A stretch of 64,000 bases of DNA from Octopus vulgaris (Eukaryota), in the NCBI GenBank assembly GCA_951406725.2, contig OX597820.1, positions 63,364,001 to 63,428,000 of the forward strand. The letters run 5' to 3'. Positions within the stretch are counted from its first letter, which is position 1; each line of letters starts with the position of its first letter. Below, one piece after another: positions 39,636 through 53,170 of this stretch. Made by a program: the position numbers and the translations under genes. The notes beneath the pieces are model-generated. The model was not told the DNA's origin and searched no databases. It saw only the letters and a list, made by a program, of their open reading frames with translations.

Positions 39636-42600
39636 TGAAATCCTGTTCCGTTGTTCAAATTTGACCTCTCCTATTTTAATGGACTGTCAACATGTACGTT
39701 GTACTAAAATATGCTTTCCATTGCTTTTTTTCCTTTCTTTCAGAGACATATGTAATTTGAGGTCACACAGCTGACGAATCTGGTAAGTCGGGTCACTACA
39801 TTCAACGCCTTCCTGCCTTAGACAACTAACATGTGTTTGTTGCTGTTTATTCTTAGACTGGCAATTGACCGGTCACTAGTTGACGTATTTAAAATGTCTT
39901 GAGTATCAGTCAAATTTGGGCGAAATAAATATTACAAGACAGGCCGTTAGAAAGCATTGGTTGTAAAGCTTTAATTTGTTTCCCCTATTTACGTACACAT
40001 ATGCATCTCCATACACACACATACATACAGACATACATAAATACATACCTACACACACACATATATATCTACGTTTACACGCGTATATACACACGCTTAT
40101 ATACGCATACTTACGCACACACACACAGGCGCGGAATCGTCTTTATATGTCTATATGTTTTTTAACACGATATTTACACACTATCATATATTGCTTCATC
40201 TATTTCGAATTCCACTTTTGAAAACGATTTATATATTTATGTATGTATTTACGACGGAATCCTTTCACACAATTCCAGTTTATCATATTATCACATTCCA
40301 TTCAAAGTGCATTGGTCTATCGGTAAATATGTAAGAAGTGCTTTGGTCGTTCCTTGATTTTATTGATTATAGAAGGATGACAAGCTAAGTCAATCTGGTT
40401 ACGATTTGATCTCGGTCTGTAAAAGGGACTTAATATAATATGGTTAAGTTATCTTGTCTGCTGCTCTTAATATTCTGCCAACCAATTAATCCATCATCAC
40501 TGACAACAACAACAAGAGAACCACCATCTCAACAAGAACAACAACGATGGCAAAAACAATAGCGGCAACAACAATATCAGCTACAAGACTAGGGAGAGAC
40601 ATTAGTAAGAGTAACATTGAATGTTAAAACGAAAACTAGAACAGCAAAATAAACTTAAAAGCAGTGGCACGAAGACGAACAATGTGTTCTCGAAGAACAA
40701 TAGCAATACAAGTTAATGAATACCAAATACAATAGGCATGGCTAAGGAGTGGTGAAGGGTTGGTTGGTAGAGTTAGGACGGTGGGAAACATCACACTAGC
40801 AACAGCCAAAAAATATAATGATAAAAAATCAATAAAAAAAATCTACCAAAATTAGCAAGTTTTAACAATTACTACCGCGAATGGGCGAGGAGATCAGTTA
40901 TACATTATATTACAAAATCTATCAATAGAAATAAAATCAAACAACAACTACTATTGGTACAATGTGAAGAGTAACATATATAACTGCATCAACAAGATAT
41001 AATACAATAGCATTGTCACCTACAATGCTGCTATATGAAACGGGTGGTGGTGGTGGTGTGGGGAATCTCGATGATCCATTCCTAACCCCAATCTCTCATA
41101 CACCAGTCCAACCATTCATATAGTTCTCTGTATTCAATGTTATTATCAATCTATAACAAGAGTTCAAAAACTAAGCCAAAAGGACTCGAGCGATATTCAT
41201 TTTAATTTAGTATTTATTTATTTATGTGGGTTTTTTTCCCCCGTACACATAAACCCAAACATATGGTGCTCGGGAATGAATAGCGGATATAGTAGAGCGA
41301 ATGATGCATACAATGCATGGACATACACGTAAACATTCCTTGCACACACTCACACACACACACACAAACACACAAACACACACTTACACACACGCACAAA
41401 TATACACACACAGGTATACACATACGCACACATACACCCACGATACACACGTGCACATGCACGCAAGCGCACACCTTTGATCATAAGTCTCTGATCAGTT
41501 CTGATTGGGGTGAGGAAGGCGCTAAAACTATTATCTTTAACAAACCGACGATCGAGCATGGAATATCTACGTAGCTAAACCACATGCTAGAAATAACAGC
41601 CAAATATCTTCAAATTGTACCATCGTGCCATCTTGAAAATAGAGAAATATAAGAAATTCATTAAATAATGTAGTTGTGAAAATAGGATCGTGTTGTTCTT
41701 AGCACTAAGGATGATTCGTTCGATTAAAATCCCTTTAAGGTGTCACCCCAGCATGGCCGTAGCCTAAAGACTGAAACAAGTAAAAGGTAAAAGATAGTAA
41801 CAGATAGTTACTCTGTGGAAAAATGACGTGCTAGAATTAGCATTTAAATTTTTCTCTCGTCACATCAGACAGTGTAAACTGTGTAAATGATACATTCACT
41901 AATCTATTCGTTTATCTCTGTGTCTGAATAAAAGTTTACTGGAGCATCTATGATCATGAGATTATTTAATCAGCGCTGACTAGAATCGGCAGCAAATAAT
42001 TATCATATTTCATCTTAACGTATCTTAGAAAAGACAGAATTAAGCATCGAATAATTACTCATTCAGAAATGACTGTATAGCAACAACTGGAATGTTTGGA
42101 GGAATGATTCCTCACACGAAGGCGTACCTAGTGTACAAATCCACAATAACAATATCAGAGTGTTATGTGTGCTCGTTCAAGGTTGAGCGTTTTTTAATCA
42201 TTCTTCTGCCATTAATGACCATGGTTAAGGTTCCTAGTTGTCTGCCCTATGAAATAGCTTTATCTGTTGCTGAACAACCCCATGCGAAAATGGCAATCTA
42301 TGCCAGACAGGCTGGTCTTGTGGGTTTTACCGATACTCTTTCAGTTGGAAGATTCTATCTCTCTAACACAGGGTGTTCTGTAAGATCCATTCCTGGACGG
42401 TATGAAATATGGCTCTCATATCCCCGTCACTGACGTATCGGAAGAACAGCACGGTTGTTACAATTTGGCACAAGTGTCTTCGTACAAATTGCTACAACGA
42501 GGTTGTAAACAATATGGAACTACCTCAGAGGATTCCACTCCGGTTTTCTTCTCAGTGTTAATTCCTGCTGTTATAGCCATGAATGGATCGCAAGGCAACG

Positions 42601-42769
42601 TATGTTTAGGAGCAAAGTTCTCTTTAAAGTCAATATATGAACATTTGGTTATTAACACAAACATTTTTCCTACATAAAGCTCAGTAATTCCTTAATTAGG
42701 GAGTGATAATTTAAGTATATATTTTATACAGTATGATAAGAGAATTTGCAGTGTGTTTAGTTGTTATAT

Positions 42770-43040
42770 GTCTACCGAACTGTATATCTATCTATCTGTC
42801 TATCTAGCTATCTGTCTATCTATATATATGTCTATCTATCTATCTGTCTATCTATTTATCTATCTATCCGTGTATATTTCTCTCTCTCTCTCTCTCTTTC
42901 TATCTATCTGTCTGTTTGTCTATTTATCCATCCATCTATCTATCTATCTATCTATCCCCCTCTCTCTCTATCTATCTAGTTGTATGTCTGTCTGTCTGTC
43001 TGTCTCTCTCTATTTATTATCTATCTATCTATCTATCTAT
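42770..43040. repeat. Degenerate (TCTA)n tract
   Basis: Tandem TCTA/TCTG. Confidence 0.9.
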
Positions 43041-44274
43041 TGACAGACATATCTTGTCAAGAGCAAAATGCATTCGCAATTTATCAGCTACACAGTAGAT
43101 TCGGGTTCGACCCAAATGTGAAACATTTTTGGCATGAATGAACTTCTACTTTAGTCTTGATTCGAGCAATATATTCTGAATGAAATTGGGCAGACAAAAA
43201 CAGAGATGTCGAAGAAACATGTTTGTCAAGTTGAAGTTTGTCTATGACAAACTTAATGTTTCGTGCAATTTTACGCCAAATCCTAAACTCTGGACACATT
43301 TTGGAGGTTCTTTTCTGTTGCAAGAATTCTGGTTTGAAATTAGTTTCCCCCCTCTGGCCATTCACAGAAGAGTCATTGACTGCTGTCGTTTATCCATGTG
43401 TTAAAACTTCACAAAAATGAATAAAGAAATAACGATATAAATAAAAATAGAATTTTTTTTAAAGGGAAATCTGTTGAGGCTTGTTCTTTCCTTATCGTCC
43501 CACTGAGCTCTGGTTGAGTGAGGAAAATAAAATCCCTTGCAATTCCGTAATATTCCCTGCACAGCTATATATATATATTAAAAGCCGTGAAAGTAAAAAT
43601 CCGTTTATAAAAAGGAGTTGAGAATCCTTTTGCTTGGTCCAGGTTTATTCTTCATTGAAAAGAACGCAGTCTGCACATGCACTGTATATGACCAGCCTTA
43701 TTAACTTTAAAATACGACTTTTCCAGATGTACTGTATCTTGTTTCATACAAATCACTCCCCGTCTTAGCATGTCACGGAACCTTTAATACTATCAGCAAC
43801 CTCCTTGTTTTTCTTTCTTTCATCGGAACACATTGGCTGGTGGCCCTATAGAAATTCCCCTCACTGCCAACAAAGTAGTTGCCTTTAGAAGATTCAAATC
43901 AGAAGATTCGTGATGCATATCTTGTTGAACTATGGCATTCAAAATGGAACTGTCCCAGCCATCACCAATCATTATGAACCAAAACTGATCATGCTTTGTG
44001 CAAAATACAGATAATTGAACTAAAGAGTTTCAAGAACAATAGGTACCTTTGAAGCTGATATCTAGCTCTTTCTTTATGGTTAGAATGAATTTTATCTTTA
44101 AGCAAAGTTTTGTCCCTATCGACAACTATGCAGAATCGATCAACATGTTAGGAGAGTGTGTAACTCGTTGATTTTGTTATATATTTGATGCAAAAAACGT
44201 GTTAACTTCCCTTGAAAGGGCTGCAATAAAAGACGGTGTGTTTCATAGTGAAACAATAATAATGATAATTCCAT

Positions 44275-44484
44275 TTATTAAAGGTACAAGACCCGAAATT
44301 TCTAAAGAGGGGACTACTCAATTACATCGACCATAGTGTTTCATTGATACTTAATTTATCGACACCGAAAGGATGAAAGGCAAAATCCTACTCGGTGGAA
44401 TTTCGACTCAGAACGTTGAGACGGACGAAACACTGCGAAGCGTTTCTCCCGGCTAGCTAACGGTATTGCCTTCTCGCTGCCTTA
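44275..44484 (-). mobile_element. SINE family B
   Basis: atcgacaccgaaaggatgaaaggcaaa ... ctcgctgcctta. Confidence 0.75.
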
Positions 44485-47096
44485 ATAATAATAATAATAA
44501 TGATAAGATGGGCGTGCATGAGTTTTTTTTTTACCATCACCGTAAAGGAAATGATGTGGTGTCGGAGCAATATAATTCTTAGATAAGTATCGATGTTTAT
44601 TTGGAGCTTAGAAAACAGGCCTAAAGTTCTCTCCTGCTGGGAGAATTACAAAACACCAATAGAGAAATTAACGATAACATCTAATGTTGCCTCAGTTCTC
44701 AAAATTATATACGCCTCTTTTATTGTTCACTATATTCTGCTGACTCAGTAATCTTGTTCGTTTGATATGGCACAAAATACAGACTTAGATATAGCTGTTT
44801 TATATTTTGAATATGAGACAATGATGACTGACTTCTTCGTTAAGAAATACGTCTTGTAATTATGTGATTCTGATCCAACATGTGGCTCGACAGTACCTAA
44901 GGGTCTTCTAACATATCCTCCCTTCAACCAATACCTTCTAAATACGAATTCTGGATAGGAAGCGCGTGGAAACCTACTAGACAGATGGATCTTGTTCTTG
45001 GATAGTAAATTTAAACGAAGTCACGTTTGAATAATTAGACTGAACGCTCTTGCAGCTATTTGAGCGAGGTTTATGCTAGGAAAACTTACCCTCTCATCAT
45101 CAGTCTCCTGGGAAATGGAAAATATCACCAATTGGCACCCTTCCTCTTCAGACCAAGCAATAAAAATTATATCAAATATAAAAGTCGACAGATATATTAC
45201 AGGGTTATGTGAATAATCAAAGCAAATGTTTTACTGACAGAGCTTGAATGATAAAAACACAAAGATGAGATTTATTAAACACATTTATTACTGGCTGGCA
45301 TTTTGTCAGACTCTCTACTGCTTGTTCCAATTAACCACCCACTACAAACACCCAAATCAATATTTGTTTCATTGCTAACCAGACAAAAAACAAATAATGC
45401 TTCACGTTTTATAGAAATTCACTAAAACATCAAAATTCTGTCCCTTGCCTTCATTTTAAATATTGTTATTGTTGTTGTTGTTGTCTTAAGCTTGTACTCA
45501 AACTCGATTGCCGAGAACTGTCGCCAAATGCGTTCGAGTCATGACTATACTGTCTAGTGTTGCGACATATTGTATCTGTTCCTAAATTTTCCTGTCAATC
45601 TACTCGTACTCTATGATACCTGTAGCGTATGGTTTGTGAGAGATTTCGCTACTATTTCAAGAAAACTATTCATCAGGTAGGAAGGAAGGTGTCGGATAGA
45701 CGTATCAAAAAGAAGTTCCAACCATGCTCTCCTTGATATACACGCGTATATAAAATTAATATAATAAGGACAACTTTCATGTTTGAAAAATAATATATCC
45801 ATTCTAACCGCGAACATAACAGTTGTTTTCCGCACATCGTATCGTATCCAGTATCATCCAAATAATTTACTTTTCCTTTCGTAAAACTTTAATGTGTGAT
45901 TGCAGTGAGATCCGTGTTTATTTACGAATGGAATTTCTCGTGTAGTTTCACTTAAATCAAAGAAAGCAGTAGTTAACCACCTGTGAAGTAATGGTAACGA
46001 CAGGTCATTTAATTCATACATCTCATAGCTGTTGTCGCATAAACGATATATCGTCGTCTTAAAAAGGGAGACTAATAGTGATGGACTCTATTAGTCTCAG
46101 CGATGAACAGCGGTCTAATCTCTAACTTAAAACGTATATGGCTGGGTTTTACACAAATACTTGTACAATTAGCCTAATTTTCAGCCTGAATCAGTGAGAC
46201 ACGATATGTGTTAAGATCGAACATTTAATTTACAAGTACAATCCGTGTAATAGACTTTCAAATAGTCTCCCTAGAGATTCAACATAAATAAATGAAAATC
46301 AGAACCTCACAACTGCGAGGCGAATGTCTGAACGTAATGATCATACCACTTCTCTACGTCGTTCAGAAATAGGTACGCATTAAGCAAGGTTGTTCTTATA
46401 GACCATTAAAATGTGAATCGATCAGTAAAGTCACCGTCACATAATAATCTTCAGTTGTAGGGAACATACTTCTTTATCTCCTTCACCATTGGAATCATAT
46501 CAAACAAATGATATACCGTTTTTTTTTTAATATAGCAAAAGCATAGATAGGCTTAGATATGGCTGTTTTATACTCTTTTCCCTGTCACGTCCAGACCCAC
46601 TTTCGCAGCAACTTCTACTACAGCCCTGGGTCTATCAATGCCTTGTGAGGGAAATTTATTGCTGGAAACTGTGTGGATGCTTATATGTGTGTATATGTAT
46701 GTGAGTGCGTGTGTATATCTGTGTACATGTGCGTGTATATTTGTCATCCTCACCGTTACAAGAACGATTAGTTTCTTTAGTTCTCCATGCAGCAAAAGAA
46801 ACAGAATATGTATGGGACTTTAAAAAAGAACTGTAGTTGATTTACTCAACTAAACACTTCAAGGCGGTGCCCCAACATTGCCTCAATCCTATGGTTGAAA
46901 CGAGTAGAAGATTAAAAATAGTTTTATGTTATCTCAGACTTTACTAGTTCATTATCTCCAAATATAATGAAGCTGTAGTAATGTGCATAATACAATATAT
47001 TATCTAACATGGAAAATTAATTTAAGGATACATTATAGAAAATAAATCTAGTCAATATAAACAGTGCCAATATTTATCAACATTGGCACTGTTTAA

Positions 47097-47262
47097 AAGG
47101 CAGCCAGCTGGCAGGATCGTTAGCACGCTGGACAGAATACTTCCGCCAAGATAAACTTTGCCTTTCATCCTTTCGGGGTCGACAAAATAGGTACGGGTTG
47201 TCACTGTAATCGACAAGCCACCTTACGCGAAATTGTTGTCCTTGAGCCAAATTTGAAGCCAA
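47097..47262 (+). mobile_element. SINE family B, internally deleted
   Basis: gctggcaggatcgttagcacgc and ctttgcctttcatcctttcggggtcga. Confidence 0.7.
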
Positions 47263-47681
47263 AAATGATAAATGTGCTTTTTTCTACGTAAAATAAATAT
47301 TCTTTTCTGTCTGGAACATGATATTTTTTACTGCAAAGAAGCATTTCGCACGAGGAAAGTATTGCCTAGCTATATATCTAAAATAGAGTGTATTCACTCA
47401 CTATACAATGAATGGTGCCTGTGCTTCCATGCTCGAACTACAGGAAATAACAACCAAATCTTCTTCAAATCACCGTTTGCCTTCTAATAAATTATGGTAT
47501 TAAAAAGTGATTTCAGATTTTGGCACAAGGCCAGCAATTTCGGAGGTGGGGATAACTCACTCACTCGTCAATCGCATTATTCAACTGGTACTTATTTCAT
47601 AAGCCTCCGAAAGGATGAAAAGTAAAGTCGACCATGGCGAAATTTTAACCCAGAGCGTAAAGACGGACGAGATGGCGCTAA

Positions 47682-48023
47682 GCCCGGTGTGCCAGGCCGC
47701 TCAGCTTATTGTCTGTTGTGTCAGGCAGCTCAGCTTTATGCCCGGCGTGACACACCACTCAGCTTTTTGCCCGGCGTGCCAGGTCGCTCAGCTTTTTGCC
47801 CGCCGTGCCAGTCCGATCAGCTTATTGACCGGCATGCCAGACCACTCAGGTTTATGCCCGGCACGCCAGGCCGCTAAGCTTTTTGTCTGTCGTTCTAGGC
47901 CACTTAGGTTTATACCCGGCGTGCCAGACCACTCAGCTTATTGCCTGGCACTCCAGGTCTATCAGCATATTGCCCGGAGTGCCAGTTCGCTCAGCATTTA
48001 GCTCGGCGTGCCAGCTCGCCGCC
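47682..48023. repeat. 29-bp minisatellite (11 full units plus a partial) inside a minus-strand SINE B head
   Basis: Consensus gcccggcgtgccaggccgctcagcttttt, exact 29-bp period from 47682 to 48000; host SINE spans ~47515-48026. Confidence 0.9.
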
Positions 48024-48639
48024 TTAATTACGTTATCTAATATGAAAGTGTGTAATATAATTATAAAACAAAATACACGTTAGTTAAACAAGCAACCCGT
48101 TCAAAAAATATAACCAGATGGAGTATCATGACTGGGGCACTTTTCAGCATTGTCTACTATAAAAATAGTAGCCTGTGTATCATAAGTAGCAAAATCGTAT
48201 CCAGTCATAACCTACTCCCTCCTTCCCGCAACATCTCTCTTCCATAACACTCACTGCACCCTGATAATATTGTATTTAGTCAATCCATCCTCACTCATAT
48301 CTAAACCTTTCGCTTATAAAACTTATTATTCTAAGAACCCAGCATCATATTCAGTAGTGTCTCCACTCCTCCGCTAACAGCTTCATCATTAATGTCTACA
48401 ACCACCGTTGTCCACAATCTACGCAACAATAAAACCAAATATCCGCCCACGCCCCACACCCATACACACATACACCCGACACTCCGTCTGCTTTTCCTTT
48501 ATGGAATTTATTGTAATTAATAGCGCCGCCCACCTCCCATCCATTAACAAACGTCGGGAATATGATTGGTTAAGTGCCCTACACTTGTTAGGAACAATTT
48601 TTGAGAAAACAATGCATGTCGTCAGTGGCATCGGCGACA

Positions 48640-49070
48640 GCAATAAATGTATCATCATCATCACCAGCAGCAGCAGCAGCAGCAACAGCGTCATCACCAT
48701 TGTTGTCATCGTCGTCATCATCATCATCATCGACATCATCGTCTTCCTATTCATCATCATTGTCTTCATCATCTTCATCATCTTCATCATTATCATCGTC
48801 ATCGTCATCAGCAGTCATCGTTGTCATCAGTATTGCTGTGATTGTCATCATCATCATCATTGTCGTCGTCGTCGTATTCATCGTCATCGTAATCATCGTC
48901 ATCATCATCATCATTATCATCGGCATCATCATCATCATTATCAAGTCATCATCATCGTAATCATAATCATGTCGTCATCATCGTCATCATCATCATTGTC
49001 GTTGTCATCATCATCGTCATCATTACCATTGTCGTCATCGTCATCATCATCAACATTGTTGCCATCAACC
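48640..49070. repeat. Degenerate (CAT)n/(CAG)n/(CGT)n tract
   Basis: Tandem trinucleotides. Confidence 0.9.
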
Positions 49071-49492
49071 TTTGCAAAGGTAACTATTTCGCTCCTCTAA
49101 TAACAGCATAATTCCTGCCAACACTAAACCGAGATCAAATTCTCTACCAGTCCTACCGTAACCACCACCACAATCAGCACGGATCGAATCAACTACACGA
49201 ACAAGACAAATAATACCAACACAAGGGAAGGACCTTGACCTGTCAGAAATATTGACCAAATACTCTCAAAGTATGCTTTACTGTTTTGGGGAAAAAACGC
49301 GTTGGGTACTGTGTTTTGAGGTTCCGGGAACATAGGAATTTTCGGTAGGGTCACGACTGGGTCAACTGTGAACATAAGGGTACTAGTCTAAGTATAACTT
49401 GGAGCTGAACAGCGAAAAGGACGACTGGAATAATAATCCTTTCTAGATTTATTTGCGCTACATTGCCGCCTATGTTAATATCACCCCGAGGT

Positions 49493-50510
49493 TAGGCGGC
49501 AAGCTGGCGGAATCATTAGCACGCGTGGAGAAATGCTTAGCGGTATTTCGTCTGCTGTTACGTTCTGAGTTCAAATTCACCCGAGGTCGACTTTGCCTTT
49601 CATACTTTTGGGGTCGATAAATTAAGTGCCAGTTACGCACTGGGGTAGATGTAATTTACTTAATCCGTTTGTCCGTCCTTGTTTGTCCTCTCTGTGTTTA
49701 GCCCATTGTGGGTAGTAAAGAAATAGGTATTTTGTCTGAGTTGAAATTCTGTCGAGGTGGTCTTTGCCTTTCATCCTTTCAGGATCGATTAAATAAGTAC
49801 CAGTTACGCACTGGAGTCGATATCATCGACTTAATCCGTTTGTCTGTCCTTGTTTGTCCTCTACGTGTTTAGCCCCTTGTGGGTAGTAAAGAAATATATA
49901 TTTCGACTGTCTTTACGTTCTGAGTTCAAATTCCTCCGAAGTCGTCTTTGACTTTCATCCTTTCGGGGTCGATAAATTAAGTACCAGTTGCATACTCGTG
50001 TCGATCTAATCGTCTGGCCCCCTCTCCCCAAAATTTCGGGCCTTTTGCCTAGAGTAGAAAAAATATGTGTGGGCGTTAAGGTGGCGAGCTCTCAGAAATT
50101 TCAGCAGGCCGGGCGAAATTCTTAAGGGTATTTCCTCTGCTGTTACGTTTTGAGTTCAAATTCCGCCGAGGTCGACTTTGTCTTTCATCCTTTCGGGATC
50201 GATAAGTTAAGTAACAGTTACACACTGGGGTCGATGTAATCGACTTAATCCGTTTGTCTGTACTTGTTTGTCCCCTCTGTGTGTAGCTCATAGTGAGCAG
50301 TAAAGAAATAAAAACCGTTAGCACGCCGGGCGAAATGCTGAGCACTATTTAGTCTGTCTTTACGTTCTGAGTTCAGATTCCGACGAGATCGGCTTTGCCT
50401 TCATCCTTTCGGGGTCGATGAATTAAGTACCAATTTCATACTGGGGTAGATCTAATCAACTGGCCCCCTCCCCCAAAATTTCGGGCCTCGTGCCAAGACT
50501 AGAACAGAGT
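49493..50510 (+). mobile_element. Head-to-tail array of five SINE B units
   Basis: The core ctttcatcctttcggggtcgat..aagtaccagtt occurs five times; tail types run 1,1,2,1,2. Confidence 0.88.
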
Positions 50511-50789
50511 ATCACCCCGAGATGACTCACATGATTCCAGTATTAGAATAATACTACCAACTGATATCGCCTTTAATTTGTAGATGTGACATGAGTACCA
50601 GTAATATACTAGATGTATTCTCTCAATGCCATAGAAACTGTATAAGAACTGCTTACCTTATAACCCATTTTTATGTAAAGATACATACATACACATATAC
50701 GCAGTTAAAATCCAACGTAGACGTGCATACTCACATACACACACACAAGCACACATATACGCACATGTATATTGCAATAGCTATGTTGA

Positions 50790-51432
50790 AATGTTGCGAG
50801 CCAACAGATTCGTTAGCGCGCCGGGCAAAATACTTACAGGCATTTCGTCCGTATTTACGGTCTGGGTTCAGGTGCCACCAAGGTCACCTTTACCGCTCAT
50901 TCTTTCGGAATTGATTAATTACATAACAGTCAATTACTGGAGTCGGTATAATCGGGCTAGTCCATTGCTTCCAAATTTCAGGTTGTGTGCACTTGGTAGA
51001 AAGGATTATGTAAACTGGTTTAAAGGTGGCGGGTTAGCAATATCGTTAGCGCTCCAGATTATATGCTTAACTGCATTTCATCCGGTTTTACATCCTGAGT
51101 TCAAGTCCCACTTTTCTCTCATTATTTCGAGATTGATGAAATAAAAGTATCAACCACGTACCGCAGAAGATCGATATAATCGGATAGAGACCCGCCTCTA
51201 AATTTGCTGCTTTCTTATTTCTTTATTGCCCACAAGGGGCTAAACATAGAGGGGACAAACAAGGACAGACAATGAGATGAAGTCGATTACAGCGACTCCA
51301 GTGCGTAACTGGTACTTATTTTATCGACCCTGAAAGGATGAAAGGCGAAGTCGACCTCGGCGGAATTTGAACTCAGAACGTAACGGCAGACTAAATACCG
51401 CTAAGCAATTTGCCTGCCAGCTCGCCGCCTTG
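50790..51432. mobile_element. Two degenerate plus-strand SINE B copies and one minus-strand tail-type-1 copy (51213-51432)
   Basis: Family B heads and cores; the minus copy begins atttctttattgcccacaagggg. Confidence 0.75.
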
Positions 51433-52087
51433 ACAAATATATATATATAACTGTTAGACCCATCCAATATCCTAGAAAATGGGGTGGTGGTTTGTAAAAC
51501 TTAATACATGAAGGTTTATAAATAAATGTGTGTGTGTGTGTGTGTCTGTGTCTGCGTGTGTGTGTGAGTGTGTGCGTGTGTGTGTTTGTTTGTGTAAAAC
51601 CGACAAGAAGAAAATGTTAACAATGCAGACAACTTTCGAATTATCATGAAGTCATAAAAATGCTATATTGTTATTCCATTATGAAATAAATGTAAAATGA
51701 TATACAGGATGTATTCTTTTATATTCGACTAAAGAAAAAAAATGCATTTTTATTGTATTTATTTTGTTTATTCATTTTAAAATTGGACCTATTATGGGGA
51801 CATTTGATCGCTCATTCTTTTTATTGTGTTGCTTTTCCTCCATTCGGGTCGATAAAATAAAGTATCTGTCAAGTACTGGGATCCTTGGTGCGGTACTTAT
51901 TTATTTAAAATTTTCTGTTCTTGTACTTTAATTAAAAGCAACAGCCTTTCAAAATTACTGCTTGTTATAACTTTAATATTTAATTGCATTTGATTTTTTA
52001 TTTACTTGTCTTAATTGTTGAAGTGCGGCCTTGAAGGCAGAGCGATTCGACACCAGTAATTAAATCTATCTATCTCTCTCTCTCTAT

Positions 52088-52290
52088 ATATATATAACGG
52101 GAAGCTTTATGAAAATAAACAAAAGACGAAGGCAGGTGGAATACAAACAAACAATTGTATTCGTATGGTGCTCAGGAATATATATAAAACAAGTCTTTTA
52201 CGTTTCGAGCCTACGCTCTTCAACAGAAAGATACACAGAAAAGAAACACGGAGAGAAACAAGGAGAGAAAAAAAATGCGTGCAGAAGCTA
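52088..52290 (-). mobile_element. Short TA-anchored element with a variant minimal hammerhead (52194-52231)
   Basis: Minus strand tcttt-CTGTTGA-a-GAGC-gtag-GCTC-GAAACGTA-aaaga. A related degenerate copy lies at ~39190-39312 on the plus strand. Confidence 0.55.
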
Positions 52291-52298
52291 GCGAATCA

Positions 52299-52339
<41 letters not shown>

Positions 52340-52342
<3 letters not shown>

Positions 52343-52502
52343 GCGACAAATTCCTTTCAGTTTCCGTCTTTCAAACCCACTTACAAGGCTTGGCCTGGAC
52401 CGTAGTTTATGGCATCTGTGCAAAGAGCCACGCAGTGAGACAGAACCAGCGACGTGAGGTTTGAAAACAAGCTTCGTACCACGCTGCCACACCAACGCCT
52501 AT
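52340..52502 (-). mobile_element. SINE family A, 5' half
   Basis: ctttcagtttccgtct...gccacgcagtg...gccacac. Confidence 0.7.
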
Positions 52503-52954
52503 GTGCATAAATTTTCTAATTACTTTTAATATTATTTCAAATCCTTTTAAAACTTCTGAAATATACATTATATTTTTTGCTTGCATATTATTTTATTTAA
52601 TATATTAAGCTATTATATATTATACAAATACATTCGAATTTTGTTCCTCTTTGAACGCCATATCATGGAAAACAGTTAATTTAATACAAACAGAAGCATG
52701 CAAGGTTGAATTTATATTTTGTCTTTTCGTCAACATGGAAGGTGTGCTCATAACATTTTTACAAGTTCACCAAAACAAATAGGTAGGAGGGGATATATCA
52801 AGAAACGAGAGACCCGACTCAAACTCTTTTAACAGAGTGCTTCGAAAAGCACCGAGGTTGCCTATTAGTGGTGGGAAACAGGGCGAGAGAGCAGGTCTAC
52901 TGTATTTGTGTGAGTGTGTCTCTATGCTCATGTACGCATATGTATATCTACACT

Positions 52955-53170
52955 GGTTTCAAATTTTGACACAAGAACAGTATTTGGGGGGGGGGGGGGG
53001 GAATAAATCGATTACATCGATCAGCCTCCCTCCCCCGGTGCTCAACTGTTACTTACTTTATCGATCCGGAGAGGGATGAAAGGCAAAGTCGACCTCGACG
53101 GAATTTGAATTCGGAACATAAAGACGGACGAAATGACGCATTTTGTTCACGGTTCTAACAGCTCGCCGCC
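52955..53170 (-). mobile_element. SINE family B
   Basis: ggatgaaaggcaaagtcgacctcg..ggaatttgaa...gctcgccgcc. Confidence 0.8.

Noticed and set aside
43620-44060. Possible transposase remnant (MIGDGWDSS on the minus strand)
   Set aside because: A single weak motif with no termini or supporting frame.
47682-48023. Regular 29-bp repeats superficially like a CRISPR array
   Set aside because: Units are contiguous with no spacers, derive from a SINE, and there are no cas genes; the context is eukaryotic.
48408-49100. 230-aa ORF
   Set aside because: (CAT)n low-complexity artefact with no domain.
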